Positions 1-8,268 of a stretch of 64,000 bases of DNA are shown piece after piece (position 1 is the stretch's first letter; each line of letters opens with the position of its first letter). The notes below the pieces were generated by a model. It was not told where the DNA came from, did no database searches, and saw nothing but the letters and a program-made list of their open reading frames with translations. The translations under genes and the position numbers were made by a program. Origin of the DNA: Candidatus Latescibacterota bacterium (GTDB taxonomy: Bacteria > Latescibacterota > UBA2968 > UBA8231); assembly GCA_965206595.1 (NCBI GenBank), contig OZ242214.1, forward strand, positions 5,472,001 to 5,536,000, given 5' to 3'.

Positions 1-386
1 TCCGCGGCCTCGTCGCAGGCGTTGCGGGCAGGCGCGATGTCCGCCTCCGTTTTCATGCAGATGCGCAGCAGGTCCGCGCCCAGCCTCTCGGCGAGGTCGA
101 GGTAGGGGGTGATGTTGCGCAGCGCCAGCGGCCCCTCGGCGTCGCTGTTCTGCGGAATCGGGAAATCGCCGGTGAGCATCGACACGGCGAGGCCGTGCCC
201 GTTCAGCATGGCGCGGGCGGCGCGCACCTCATCCGCCCCGGAGTGGATCCCCAGCTGCGAGGCGCGCATGCAGAGGGTGTGGTACCCGTGGGCGAGGGCG
301 AGGTCCGCCAGCCCCTCCAGCGTCATGTCGGCCCTGGTCTTGTCGCCGAAGCTCTCGGCGACGCGCACGGACAGGCTCAGCTTCAC
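1..386 (-). CDS. Sugar phosphate isomerase/epimerase (xylose isomerase-like TIM barrel), partial; runs off the window start
   Basis: Manual translation from GTG at 386, with a GGAG RBS upstream: MKLSLSVRVAESFGDKTRADMTLEGLADLALAHGYHTLCMRASQLG...YLDLAERLGADLLRICM. The frame is open to the window edge and lies directly downstream of the Gfo/Idh/MocA gene. Confidence 0.75.
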   Translation of the reverse strand, partial: MKLSLSVRVAESFGDKTRADMTLEGLADLALAHGYHTLCMRASQLGIHSGADEVRAARAMLNGHGLAVSMLTGDFPIPQNSDAEGPLALRNITPYLDLAERLGADLLRICMKTEADIAPARNACDEAA

Positions 387-411
387 GTTGCAGGCTCCCT
401 GTGAGAAAGGA

Positions 412-1410
412 TTACAGCGCTCCCTGGTGGCCGCGCAGGATCGCCTCGCACAGGCGCATCGTGTGCACGGCGTCCTCCAGCGTCGACCAGGGTTCCCTGT
501 CGGCGAGGATGCAGTCGGCGAAGTGGGTGGTTTCGTTGAAGCCGGGTCCGACCACCGCCTCGACCTCCTCCATGGGCCCGCCCGTGAGCTGCCCATTCCC
601 GGAGCGGGCCTCGTACAGCTCGATGCGGGGACCCCGCGTCATGTCGAGGTAGGCGGAAAAATCCTCGGCGTGGACCTCCGCGCGCTGAATGCGCAAGCCG
701 ACGCCGTAATGGCTCATCATCACCCCGATGGCCCCGGTGTCGAAGTGGACGACGGCGTTGTGGCGGTCGCAGCCGTCGCGGGGGCCGTGGTTGGTCGAGG
801 CGTGCACGGCGGTCGGAACCGCGGCGCTCTCCGGGGTGGCGCCGGCGAGCCAGCGGATCAGGTCGACGTGATGGATGGCGTCGCAGACCAGGGCCCGCGG
901 GGTGGTCGCAGCCATGTCGCCGTAGCCGAGCCGGGTCACCGGCTTGTTGTAGGTTCCGGAGCAGTGAACGGCCCCGCCCCGTTCTTGAACCAGACGGCGC
1001 ACGGCGAGCACCTCGGGGAAATAGCGGCGGTTGAAGGAGACGATCGCCTTGCCGCTGGAGGCCCGCGCCGCCGTGGCCATGGCCTCGGTTTCGGCGCTGC
1101 TCATGCCCGGGGATTTCTCCACGGAGACATGGAGGCCGCGTTCGAGGCAGTCGCTGACGATCGGCAGCAGGTGGCCCGGCATGGTGACGGCGTAGACGAC
1201 GTCGAGGTCGCACTCGTCGAGCATCCGCCGGTAGTCTGAAAAGGACGCTTCGGGACCGTGCTCTTCGTTGGCCCGGCGCAGCCGCTCGGGGTCGATCTCG
1301 GCGATCGCCTTCAGGTGCAGCCGCGGTTCGCCGCCGATCATGCGGAAGTGACTCTGGGCGTGGCCGCCGCAGCCGATCACCGCGGCATTCAAAAGAGAGG
1401 GGGATGGCAT
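412..1410 (-). CDS. Gfo/Idh/MocA family oxidoreductase
   Basis: Rossmann motif AAVIGCGGHA, HVSVEKSP, FNRRY and DAIHHVD. Start moved to ATG 1410. Confidence 0.9.
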   Translation of the reverse strand: MPSPSLLNAAVIGCGGHAQSHFRMIGGEPRLHLKAIAEIDPERLRRANEEHGPEASFSDYRRMLDECDLDVVYAVTMPGHLLPIVSDCLERGLHVSVEKSPGMSSAETEAMATAARASSGKAIVSFNRRYFPEVLAVRRLVQERGGAVHCSGTYNKPVTRLGYGDMAATTPRALVCDAIHHVDLIRWLAGATPESAAVPTAVHASTNHGPRDGCDRHNAVVHFDTGAIGVMMSHYGVGLRIQRAEVHAEDFSAYLDMTRGPRIELYEARSGNGQLTGGPMEEVEAVVGPGFNETTHFADCILADREPWSTLEDAVHTMRLCEAILRGHQGAL

Positions 1411-1683
1411 GTTTTTCTTCTCGCTAAAAAGGGTCTTGAAAGGGTCTTGGAAGCCCGCTGTTCCCGGGCGTCCGGCAGGGCTTGGCTTCGGGAGTCGGCC
1501 GTGGCAGGGGGCCATGCCCGGCCAGAAGGCGCGGTTGGTGGTGGTCGATGAATGAACAGCATCTGGACGACGGCATATCTTAACGTATCCGGAAGGCCGG
1601 ACTCAAGAACGAAGCGGGTGCCCGGAAGGACTGCGATGCGCCCTCGACTGTTTTCAGGCTCTCGAAAGCGGAAAGGAAACACG

Positions 1684-2478
1684 GTGCTGAAAGCCGGGAT
1701 ATTTCTCGATATGGACAACCTGAGCCGCTGCGGCGGCTACGCCCTCCAGTTTCGCCAGGTCAAGGCCCTGGTGGAGGGTCAGGGGGGGCTGGTTCTGCGG
1801 GCGAACGCCTACATGGCGATCAACAGCGAGCGCGAAAGCGCGGACCTGGAGTACCAGCAGAAAAGAGAGGATTACCGCACCTGGATGCGGCGGGAAGGGT
1901 ATCACCTGGTGCTCAAGGAGATGAAGCAGTACCGCGATCCGGAGGGCCAGGTCATCGTCAAAGCGAACGCCGATCTCGAGCTGGCCATAGACGCCCTGCT
2001 GCAATCGGCCAACCTCGACTACGTGCTTCTGGGCAGCGGCGACGGCGACTTCGTGCGCCTGGTGCGGGCCTTGCAAAACAGGGGCAAACGGGTCGATCTG
2101 CTGTCGTTCATGAACACCAGCAAGGAGCTGCGCCAGGAAGTGGACAACCATTTCTCGGGCTACCTGGTGCCCGGCATCCTGCCCGATGAACGCGGCGCGG
2201 CCGGGCGCATCAGGGGGATCCTGCACGCGGTCAACGAGGAGAAGGGGTACGGCTTCCTTACGGTTCGGATCGGCATGGAGCTCGACAGCGTGCGCGAGGA
2301 CATCTTCCTGCACATCTCCGACCTGCAGACCGTGAAGGGCGGCGCCGTGACCAACGCCCTGTTCGCCCAGTTCAAGACGCGGGGTACCATCATCGAGTTC
2401 GAGCTGACCGAAGAGGACGGCAGGGCCAAGGCGGTCAAGGCGGTGGAGTTTCTGCCCGAGCTGTGGGGGACGAACTGA
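1684..2478 (+). CDS. NYN (LabA/PIN-like) domain protein with C-terminal cold-shock/OB domain
   Basis: NYN acidic motifs IFLDMDN, KANADLELAID and GSGDGDFV; cold-shock motifs EKGYGFL and DIFLHISD. GTG start at 1684 follows AAAGGA. Confidence 0.88.
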   Translation: MLKAGIFLDMDNLSRCGGYALQFRQVKALVEGQGGLVLRANAYMAINSERESADLEYQQKREDYRTWMRREGYHLVLKEMKQYRDPEGQVIVKANADLELAIDALLQSANLDYVLLGSGDGDFVRLVRALQNRGKRVDLLSFMNTSKELRQEVDNHFSGYLVPGILPDERGAAGRIRGILHAVNEEKGYGFLTVRIGMELDSVREDIFLHISDLQTVKGGAVTNALFAQFKTRGTIIEFELTEEDGRAKAVKAVEFLPELWGTN

Positions 2479-2900
2479 GATACGGGACTGGGAAGACCCA
2501 TATGCTGCTACGGGAACGAAAGGGCGGTCACTGGGAAGGATTTTTAGCGCCATCGTACGACCACGCTTCATCATTGGGGCGTGAGCTTCAGGATACGCGG
2601 CGCCATAAGCTGATGAAAGAAAACCGGATCGGGGACTATGCCGAAAAAGGACGCGGCGCGATTTACTGGTCGGAGGAAGATCCGCACGGTCCCAGTCCCT
2701 TGGAGTTGGTACGACGGGCTGCTCGCAGCTATCCGAATCTATTCCTTCCCGCCCTGGGAAAAGTTGCAAAATTGGGGAAGGGATCCCTGGACGACCTGGT
2801 AAACCGCGTGCCCAGTGGCTGGATGTCTGCATCAGCCAAGGATTTTGCGGTTTCTTTGATGCACTACAAATTTGAGCAGTTACAGGAGTTAATTCCATGA
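2479..2900 (+). pseudogene. C-terminal fragment of a HipA-like kinase
   Basis: LAPSYDHASSLGREL and VPSGWMSASAKDFA are typical of the HipA-like C-lobe. The N-lobe and the DRH catalytic loop are absent, and the fragment begins right at the NYN stop codon. Confidence 0.7.
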
Positions 2901-3469
2901 GCGAGAGGACCTTGTTTTTGGCTTGGCAGGACAACCAGTTGAGCAGGGCATGGTTTCCGGTGGGGCGGCTGGATGCCGACGTTGAACGTCCTCTGTATCG
3001 CTTCCGCTACATCGGTGGCGCGGAGAAAGCGCAACAGCAGGTAGGGTTTCCTCTGCTGATCGAGTTTCCCGAATTGAAAGAGGACTATCAATCTTCGGAG
3101 CTGTTTCCCCTGTTCCGGAATCGGGTTATGAATCGGGCGAGGCCGGACTTGGACAAATATTTGCGCAGTCTTGATCTGACCTCGGAAGCTGACCCTATTG
3201 AGATCTTGTCGGCAAACGGAGGCCGTCGGGTGACGGACGCTTACGAAGTCTTCCCGAAACTCGACAAGCAGGCAGATGGAAGCTTCACTTGCCGGTTTTT
3301 TCTGCACGGCTGGCGACATACCAACAAAGCCGCCAAGGATCGAATCAGCTCCCTGAAGCCAGGAGAAGAACTGTACGTCACCCTGGAGCTGACCAATCCG
3401 GCGACCGTCATGGCCTGGAACCTGCACGAACCAATGAGCAATGCTGATTTCCAGCCTTTGGTCCCTTGA
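2897..3469 (+). pseudogene. HipA_N-like/HIRAN domain protein, probably C-terminally truncated
   Basis: LFLAWQD..SRAWFPVGRL, ELFPLFRNRVMNRARPD, GGRRVTDAYEVFP and FFLHGWRH..LKPGEELYVTLELTNP. The HIRAN fold appears cut after the NP motif. ATGA overlap with the kinase fragment. Confidence 0.7.
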
Positions 3470-3718
3470 TGGGAGCTGCGCGGCTGGTTTGTCCTCGCCG
3501 GAAGCAGGTGTTCTCCGGTAGACAGTAGATACAGACCTGTCGTCAGTCCGGGGAACGTGCACTCTCTCCTTGCGATCCGCCGCCTTAGCAGGCTGGTCTC
3601 TGTTGCAAAGCCCTCCGAGCATGGCGTCCGGGTCGAGTTGACGGTCCTGTCGTCCATCGCACCTTGCTGATCCCGTTTTTGATCAGTTCCTGCCCCAATC
3701 GGCCTCCCCGCACCCGGC

Positions 3719-3797
3719 TATTCAACAAATCGGTTGACAACCATTTCGTCGAACCCGATGTTATTCAACAAATCGGTTGACAACTATTCTGTTGAAT
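3719..3797 (+). promoter_or_regulatory. Duplicated 23-bp palindromic operator/promoter-like element upstream of the ATPase operon
   Basis: TATTCAACAAATCGGTTGACAAC occurs at 3719-3741 and 3762-3784. Each copy contains TCAAC-N6-GTTGA and a TTGACA hexamer. An ATTCAACA/TGTTGAAT inverted repeat spans 3763-3797. Confidence 0.6.
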
Positions 3798-3809
3798 GAG
3801 TGAAAAGCC

Positions 3810-5060
3810 ATGAGATCATCGACCGGCCGCTGGGTAAGGGGCGGGGATTTTTTCGACCGCGAGTCCGAGTTGCAGGTACTGGAGACGCGGATTCGGGACG
3901 GCAACCACATGCTCCTGACGGGACAGCGGCGCATGGGCAAGACCAGTATTGCCCGGGAGCTGGGGCGCCGGCTCGAGGCAGAAGGTTGGGTCTTCCTTTT
4001 CGCTGATGTCGAGGGAGCGACCTGCGCGGAGGACGCGATCGCGGATATCGCACGGGCCGTGCATCCGGTTCGCCCGATCATGTCGCGGGTTGCGCGTGCT
4101 GGTACCGCGATGAAACGCTTGTTCGGCAGTGTCGAGGAAATCGGCGCCCACGAGTTTCGGGTGAAGTTCCGTGCCGATCTGAATGCCGGAAACTGGCGAC
4201 ACCAAGGGGAGCAATTGCTCCGTGCATGCGCCGGGCAGGACAAGCCGGTGCTCCTCGTCATCGACGAGCTGCCGATATTCCTCAAGCGTGTGCTTCGCGG
4301 TGAAGATGGCGTCCACCGGGTCGACGAGTTCCTGAGCTGGTTGCGCGGTGTTCTTCAGGCTCTCGGAGGCGGCTCCCCGGTCCTCATCGTTTCCGGCAGC
4401 ATCGGGCTCGCACCTCTCGTAAAGCGGCTGGGCATACCCGACCGCATCAATCATCTCGAACCATTCCGTTTGGGGCCGTGGGACCGGGATACCAGTGTCG
4501 AGTGTTTCCAACGTCTTGCGGAGAGCTGCGGACTGCGGGTCGAGGACGGCGTGGCAAACGCGGTGTACGAGGCGCTGGGCGTCGGCATTCCCCACCTTGT
4601 GCAGTCCTTCTTCGCACGGTTGCGGGACCACGCCACCATGGAGGGGCGGGACCGAGTGATGGTGGAGGATGTGGAGGAGGTCTATCGCACGGAGCTTCTC
4701 GGCCCTTCGGGCCAGAACGATCTCGTCCACTACGAGACGCGGCTCAAGGAGGCCCTGGAAGATGAGAGCCACACCATCGCCATGGAGATCCTCGCCGAGG
4801 CAGCTACCCAGGCGGTATTCACATCAAGCGCTCGGCGTAGCCTCGAAAAGCTCTACTCCCCGGTGGTCGACGATGCGCCCGGCCGTATTGCGGACACCCT
4901 CGAGATCCTGATGCACGACGGTTATCTCGAAGCCGGCGAGGATGGCCATCGCTTCCCGTCCCGCTTGCTCAAGGACTGGTGGTCGGCTCGCTTCCGCGAC
5001 CACCACAGACCCCTCGAAGGCCGCCGTTCCGGAGGCGAATCGCCGGGGGAAGTGCAATGA
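3810..5060 (+). CDS. P-loop AAA/STAND-like ATPase with probable C-terminal winged helix
   Basis: FFDRESEL, Walker A GQRRMGKTS, Walker B LLVIDELP, SGSIGL and a C-terminal RLLKDWW motif. Confidence 0.88.
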   Translation: MRSSTGRWVRGGDFFDRESELQVLETRIRDGNHMLLTGQRRMGKTSIARELGRRLEAEGWVFLFADVEGATCAEDAIADIARAVHPVRPIMSRVARAGTAMKRLFGSVEEIGAHEFRVKFRADLNAGNWRHQGEQLLRACAGQDKPVLLVIDELPIFLKRVLRGEDGVHRVDEFLSWLRGVLQALGGGSPVLIVSGSIGLAPLVKRLGIPDRINHLEPFRLGPWDRDTSVECFQRLAESCGLRVEDGVANAVYEALGVGIPHLVQSFFARLRDHATMEGRDRVMVEDVEEVYRTELLGPSGQNDLVHYETRLKEALEDESHTIAMEILAEAATQAVFTSSARRSLEKLYSPVVDDAPGRIADTLEILMHDGYLEAGEDGHRFPSRLLKDWWSARFRDHHRPLEGRRSGGESPGEVQ

Positions 5061-8000
5061 CCATAGGCGATCGGCGGATTCGCAAGTTCAATCCGGGGAC
5101 GTTCCAGTCCGACGAGGAGGTGATCGAGCAGTTCGTGGTCAGGGAACGCGAACTCGATATCGTGCTGGAGGTTCTCCGTGGGAACACCGATTCACCATCG
5201 TGCCAGCACGTTCTGGTCGTCGCCCCTCGCGGGCGGGGAAAGACCATGCTGCTGGCTCGGGTTGCGGCGCAGGTGAATACCGACGACCACCTCTCCGAGA
5301 GTCTTTTGCCGGTCCGGTTCATGGAGGAGAGCCACGAGATATTCAATCTCGCCGATTTCTGGCTCGACACCTTGCTCTACCTTGCGCGTGAGAGCGCCAG
5401 GCACGATTCCGGGCTCGCTGAGGAGTTGCGGCAAACGCACGACGACCTGGCCAATCGCTGGCACGAGGAGTCACTCGCGGATCGCGCCCATGCGGCTGTC
5501 CTGGAAGCGGCGGACCGGCTGGGCAAGAAACTCCTCCTCATGGTCGAGAACCTGCAGGCGCTGTGCGGAAACGTGGACAAAGATTTCGGTTGGAAGCTGC
5601 GCGCGGTGCTGCAATCGGAACCCCAGATCATGCTGGTCGCCACCGCCACGAGCCGTTTCGAAGGTCTGGACGACGCGGAGCAGCCGTTCTTCGAACTGTT
5701 CCGCATCGTCGCTCTGGAACCGCTGGCCACGGAAGAGTGCCGTCGTCTGTGGCAGGTCGTCAGCGGGGATGAGGTTAGCAAGCGGGAGATCAGGCCGCTC
5801 GAGATCCTGACCGGCGGCAGCCCCCGCCTCCTGGTCATCGTCGCCGCGTTCGCGCAGCACCGCTCCTTGCGCCAGTTGATGGAAGAGTTGGTGGAGTTGA
5901 TTGACGAGCACACCGAATACTTCCGCGGTCACCTCGAGGTACTGGCCAAGGGGGAACGCCGCGTGTATATCGCGGTGATCGACCTGTGGCGACCGTCGCG
6001 CACGGGCGAGATCGCGGCGCGGGCGCGAATGGACGTCCGAACCGTATCGACCCTGCTCGGGCGGCTCGTCATACGGGGTGCGGTCATCGTTGAGGGGAGC
6101 GGCAAGAAGCGGATGTACGCCGCTGCGGAGCGCCTCTACAGCATCTACTACAAGCTGCGGCGCGAGCGGGACGAGGCGGCCATAGTTGCAAACCTGATCC
6201 ATTTCCTAGTGGCGTTCTACGAGATAGGCGAATTGTACCAGATGTCCGAAAAGCTGATTACGGAAGCGGAGGAGTCGAAGGTCATTCGCGAGGGAATCGA
6301 GCGAGCGGTAGCAGAAACCCCTCAAATTGCGAATGCTTTCTCGAAGGAGGCGTTGTCAAGTATCGGTCACGATATCGCCCCGGTCGGGGAGATTAGCGGA
6401 AAAGTAAGAAGACTGCTGACAGAGATTGTAGATGCGTTAGAGGCTGATGCATTCGAAAAAGCAGTTGAGTTAGTTGATCGAGCAATCATTTGGAGAAAAA
6501 CAAGTGTTGTAGAACTCTCGGAGCCAGGTATAGCTGCCCTTCTTGTTGTGAAAGGGATTGCCCAACAGTCTCGCGGAAACTTTGAAGCGGCGATTGCTAC
6601 TTACGAGAAAATTGTCGAGCACTACGGCGCTAAGGAAGATCCACAGATCCAAGGTTCTATTGCGGTTGCGCTGGTCAACAAAGGATGTGTGTTAGGCAAG
6701 CTTGGGGAATTAGATGGTTCGATTTCGACTTTTGAGGAAGTGGTCGCGCGTTTTAGCACCAATTGCCAACCAGACCTCCAATCGAGGGTGGTCGGGGCGC
6801 AGTTAAAAAAAGGAAATACACTAGAAAAATTAACCAAATTTCCTGAGGCAATCGCTACCTACGACGAGGTAATCGAAAGATTCGGTGACAGTAAGGCACC
6901 ACACCTTCAGATTCCCATCGCCAGGGCCTTATCTGCGAAAATAGATTTGAAAAGACAACTCGGTGAATATGCGGCGGCAATCGATGCTTGCGAGGAGCTT
7001 GTCGCACGCCATGGTACCGATAGCGCATCAGACCTCCAGGTTCTCGTTGCCTACGCGTTGTCTAGAAAGGGAGAAATGCTGAGAAAACGCGACGAATTGG
7101 ATAAGGCAATTGCGACCTACGACGAGGTAGTCGAACGTTTTGGGATCAGCGGTGCACCAGAGCTGCAGCTTCCGGTTGCTTCAGCGCTGGATATAAAGGG
7201 AGACATTCAAAGGCTGCAAAAAAATTTCCTTGGCGCGATGACGTCCTACAACAAAGTAGTCGTTCTTTATGGGGACAGCGATGCACCGGAACTCCAGATT
7301 TCTATCGCCGGGGCCCTGTCCAAAAAGGGAGATACACTCAGGCAAGAAGGTGACTTTGCGGACGCAATTTCGGTTTACGAGGAAGTGGTCGCCCGGTATG
7401 GGGACAGCGAAGTGCCAGAACTTCAAGTGAATGTCGCTTGGGCCTTGGTGTACAAAGGAGATGCGCAGAGACTACAAGGCGATCCCATTCTTGCGATAAC
7501 GACTAATGACGAGCTAGTCGCACGCTTCGGCGCTAGCGATCTATCGGATCTTCAGCTGCTTATAGCCTGGGCCTTGTTCAACAAAGGTGATACACGGATA
7601 CAGCTCGGGGATTTTCCAGGAGCAATTGCGGCTTGTGACGAGATAATCGATCGTTTCGGGTCTAGTGACGTACCAACGCTTCAGTATCCAATCAGGTTGG
7701 CGTTGTCCCTGAAAAGTATGCGGCAAATCAAGATTGGCCGTGCCCGAGAAGCTCTAAATACCTGTGGGGAGCTTGAACTAAGACTCCGCGCCTTGAGCGA
7801 GAACGAGAAGAACGAGTTCACATGGAGAACGGCGTGTGTGGGGGCGCTGGCGTTGATGGTCCAGAAAAACCCTCGGGCCGCTATGGAAACGTTCCGCTCT
7901 GCTTATTCTGTCTTCGTACCTAGCGACAAAACGATGATGCACGAGATGCTAAGGATTGTGCCTGACCTGATCGCAAGCGGTGCCTCGGCGCATGACCTTG

Positions 8001-8176
8001 TCGAGATCCTGTCGGGCGACGGGAACAAATCCGGCGCATTGGTTCCCCTGGTCGTCGCCCTCCGCCAGCATGTGGGCGAAGCGGTTCCCGCGCCTGCGGA
8101 AGTGCTGGAGGTCGCCGCGGATATCCGCAAGCGCATCGAGGCAACAGCGGCTAAAGCTGTTTCCGTGGCACACTGA
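5057..8176 (+). CDS. P-loop ATPase + winged HTH + TPR-like repeat protein (STAND/NLR-like architecture)
   Basis: FVVRERE, Walker A APRGRGKT, variant Walker B LLMVENLQ, LTGGSPR, HTH TGEIAARARMDVRTVSTLLGRL, then about ten 43-aa helical repeats. ATGA overlap with the upstream ATPase places the start at 5057. Confidence 0.88.
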   Translation: MTIGDRRIRKFNPGTFQSDEEVIEQFVVRERELDIVLEVLRGNTDSPSCQHVLVVAPRGRGKTMLLARVAAQVNTDDHLSESLLPVRFMEESHEIFNLADFWLDTLLYLARESARHDSGLAEELRQTHDDLANRWHEESLADRAHAAVLEAADRLGKKLLLMVENLQALCGNVDKDFGWKLRAVLQSEPQIMLVATATSRFEGLDDAEQPFFELFRIVALEPLATEECRRLWQVVSGDEVSKREIRPLEILTGGSPRLLVIVAAFAQHRSLRQLMEELVELIDEHTEYFRGHLEVLAKGERRVYIAVIDLWRPSRTGEIAARARMDVRTVSTLLGRLVIRGAVIVEGSGKKRMYAAAERLYSIYYKLRRERDEAAIVANLIHFLVAFYEIGELYQMSEKLITEAEESKVIREGIERAVAETPQIANAFSKEALSSIGHDIAPVGEISGKVRRLLTEIVDALEADAFEKAVELVDRAIIWRKTSVVELSEPGIAALLVVKGIAQQSRGNFEAAIATYEKIVEHYGAKEDPQIQGSIAVALVNKGCVLGKLGELDGSISTFEEVVARFSTNCQPDLQSRVVGAQLKKGNTLEKLTKFPEAIATYDEVIERFGDSKAPHLQIPIARALSAKIDLKRQLGEYAAAIDACEELVARHGTDSASDLQVLVAYALSRKGEMLRKRDELDKAIATYDEVVERFGISGAPELQLPVASALDIKGDIQRLQKNFLGAMTSYNKVVVLYGDSDAPELQISIAGALSKKGDTLRQEGDFADAISVYEEVVARYGDSEVPELQVNVAWALVYKGDAQRLQGDPILAITTNDELVARFGASDLSDLQLLIAWALFNKGDTRIQLGDFPGAIAACDEIIDRFGSSDVPTLQYPIRLALSLKSMRQIKIGRAREALNTCGELELRLRALSENEKNEFTWRTACVGALALMVQKNPRAAMETFRSAYSVFVPSDKTMMHEMLRIVPDLIASGASAHDLVEILSGDGNKSGALVPLVVALRQHVGEAVPAPAEVLEVAADIRKRIEATAAKAVSVAH
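6490..7730 (+). repeat. Intragenic array of about ten 43-aa (129-bp) TPR-like repeats
   Basis: Recurring unit R[FY]GxSxxPxLQxxxAxALxxKGxxxxxxGxFxxAIxxYxEVV seen in the translation. Confidence 0.8.
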
Positions 8177-8268
8177 TCTGCGATTTCACAGGGGTCCTGA
8201 CTGGCCCTGTCTCATCGCCTGGTTCGACCTGGTGTCCTCCCGGGGGCCGAGCACTGCTTTCGTGAAAC

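Noticed and set aside
3470-3660. Minus-strand segment with PGLTTGLYLL, faintly cupin-like
   Set aside because: No consistent frame or metal-binding motif; cannot be supported.
3719-3784. Possible mini-CRISPR array
   Set aside because: Only two 23-bp repeats with a 20-bp spacer and no cas genes; a promoter/operator duplication fits better.
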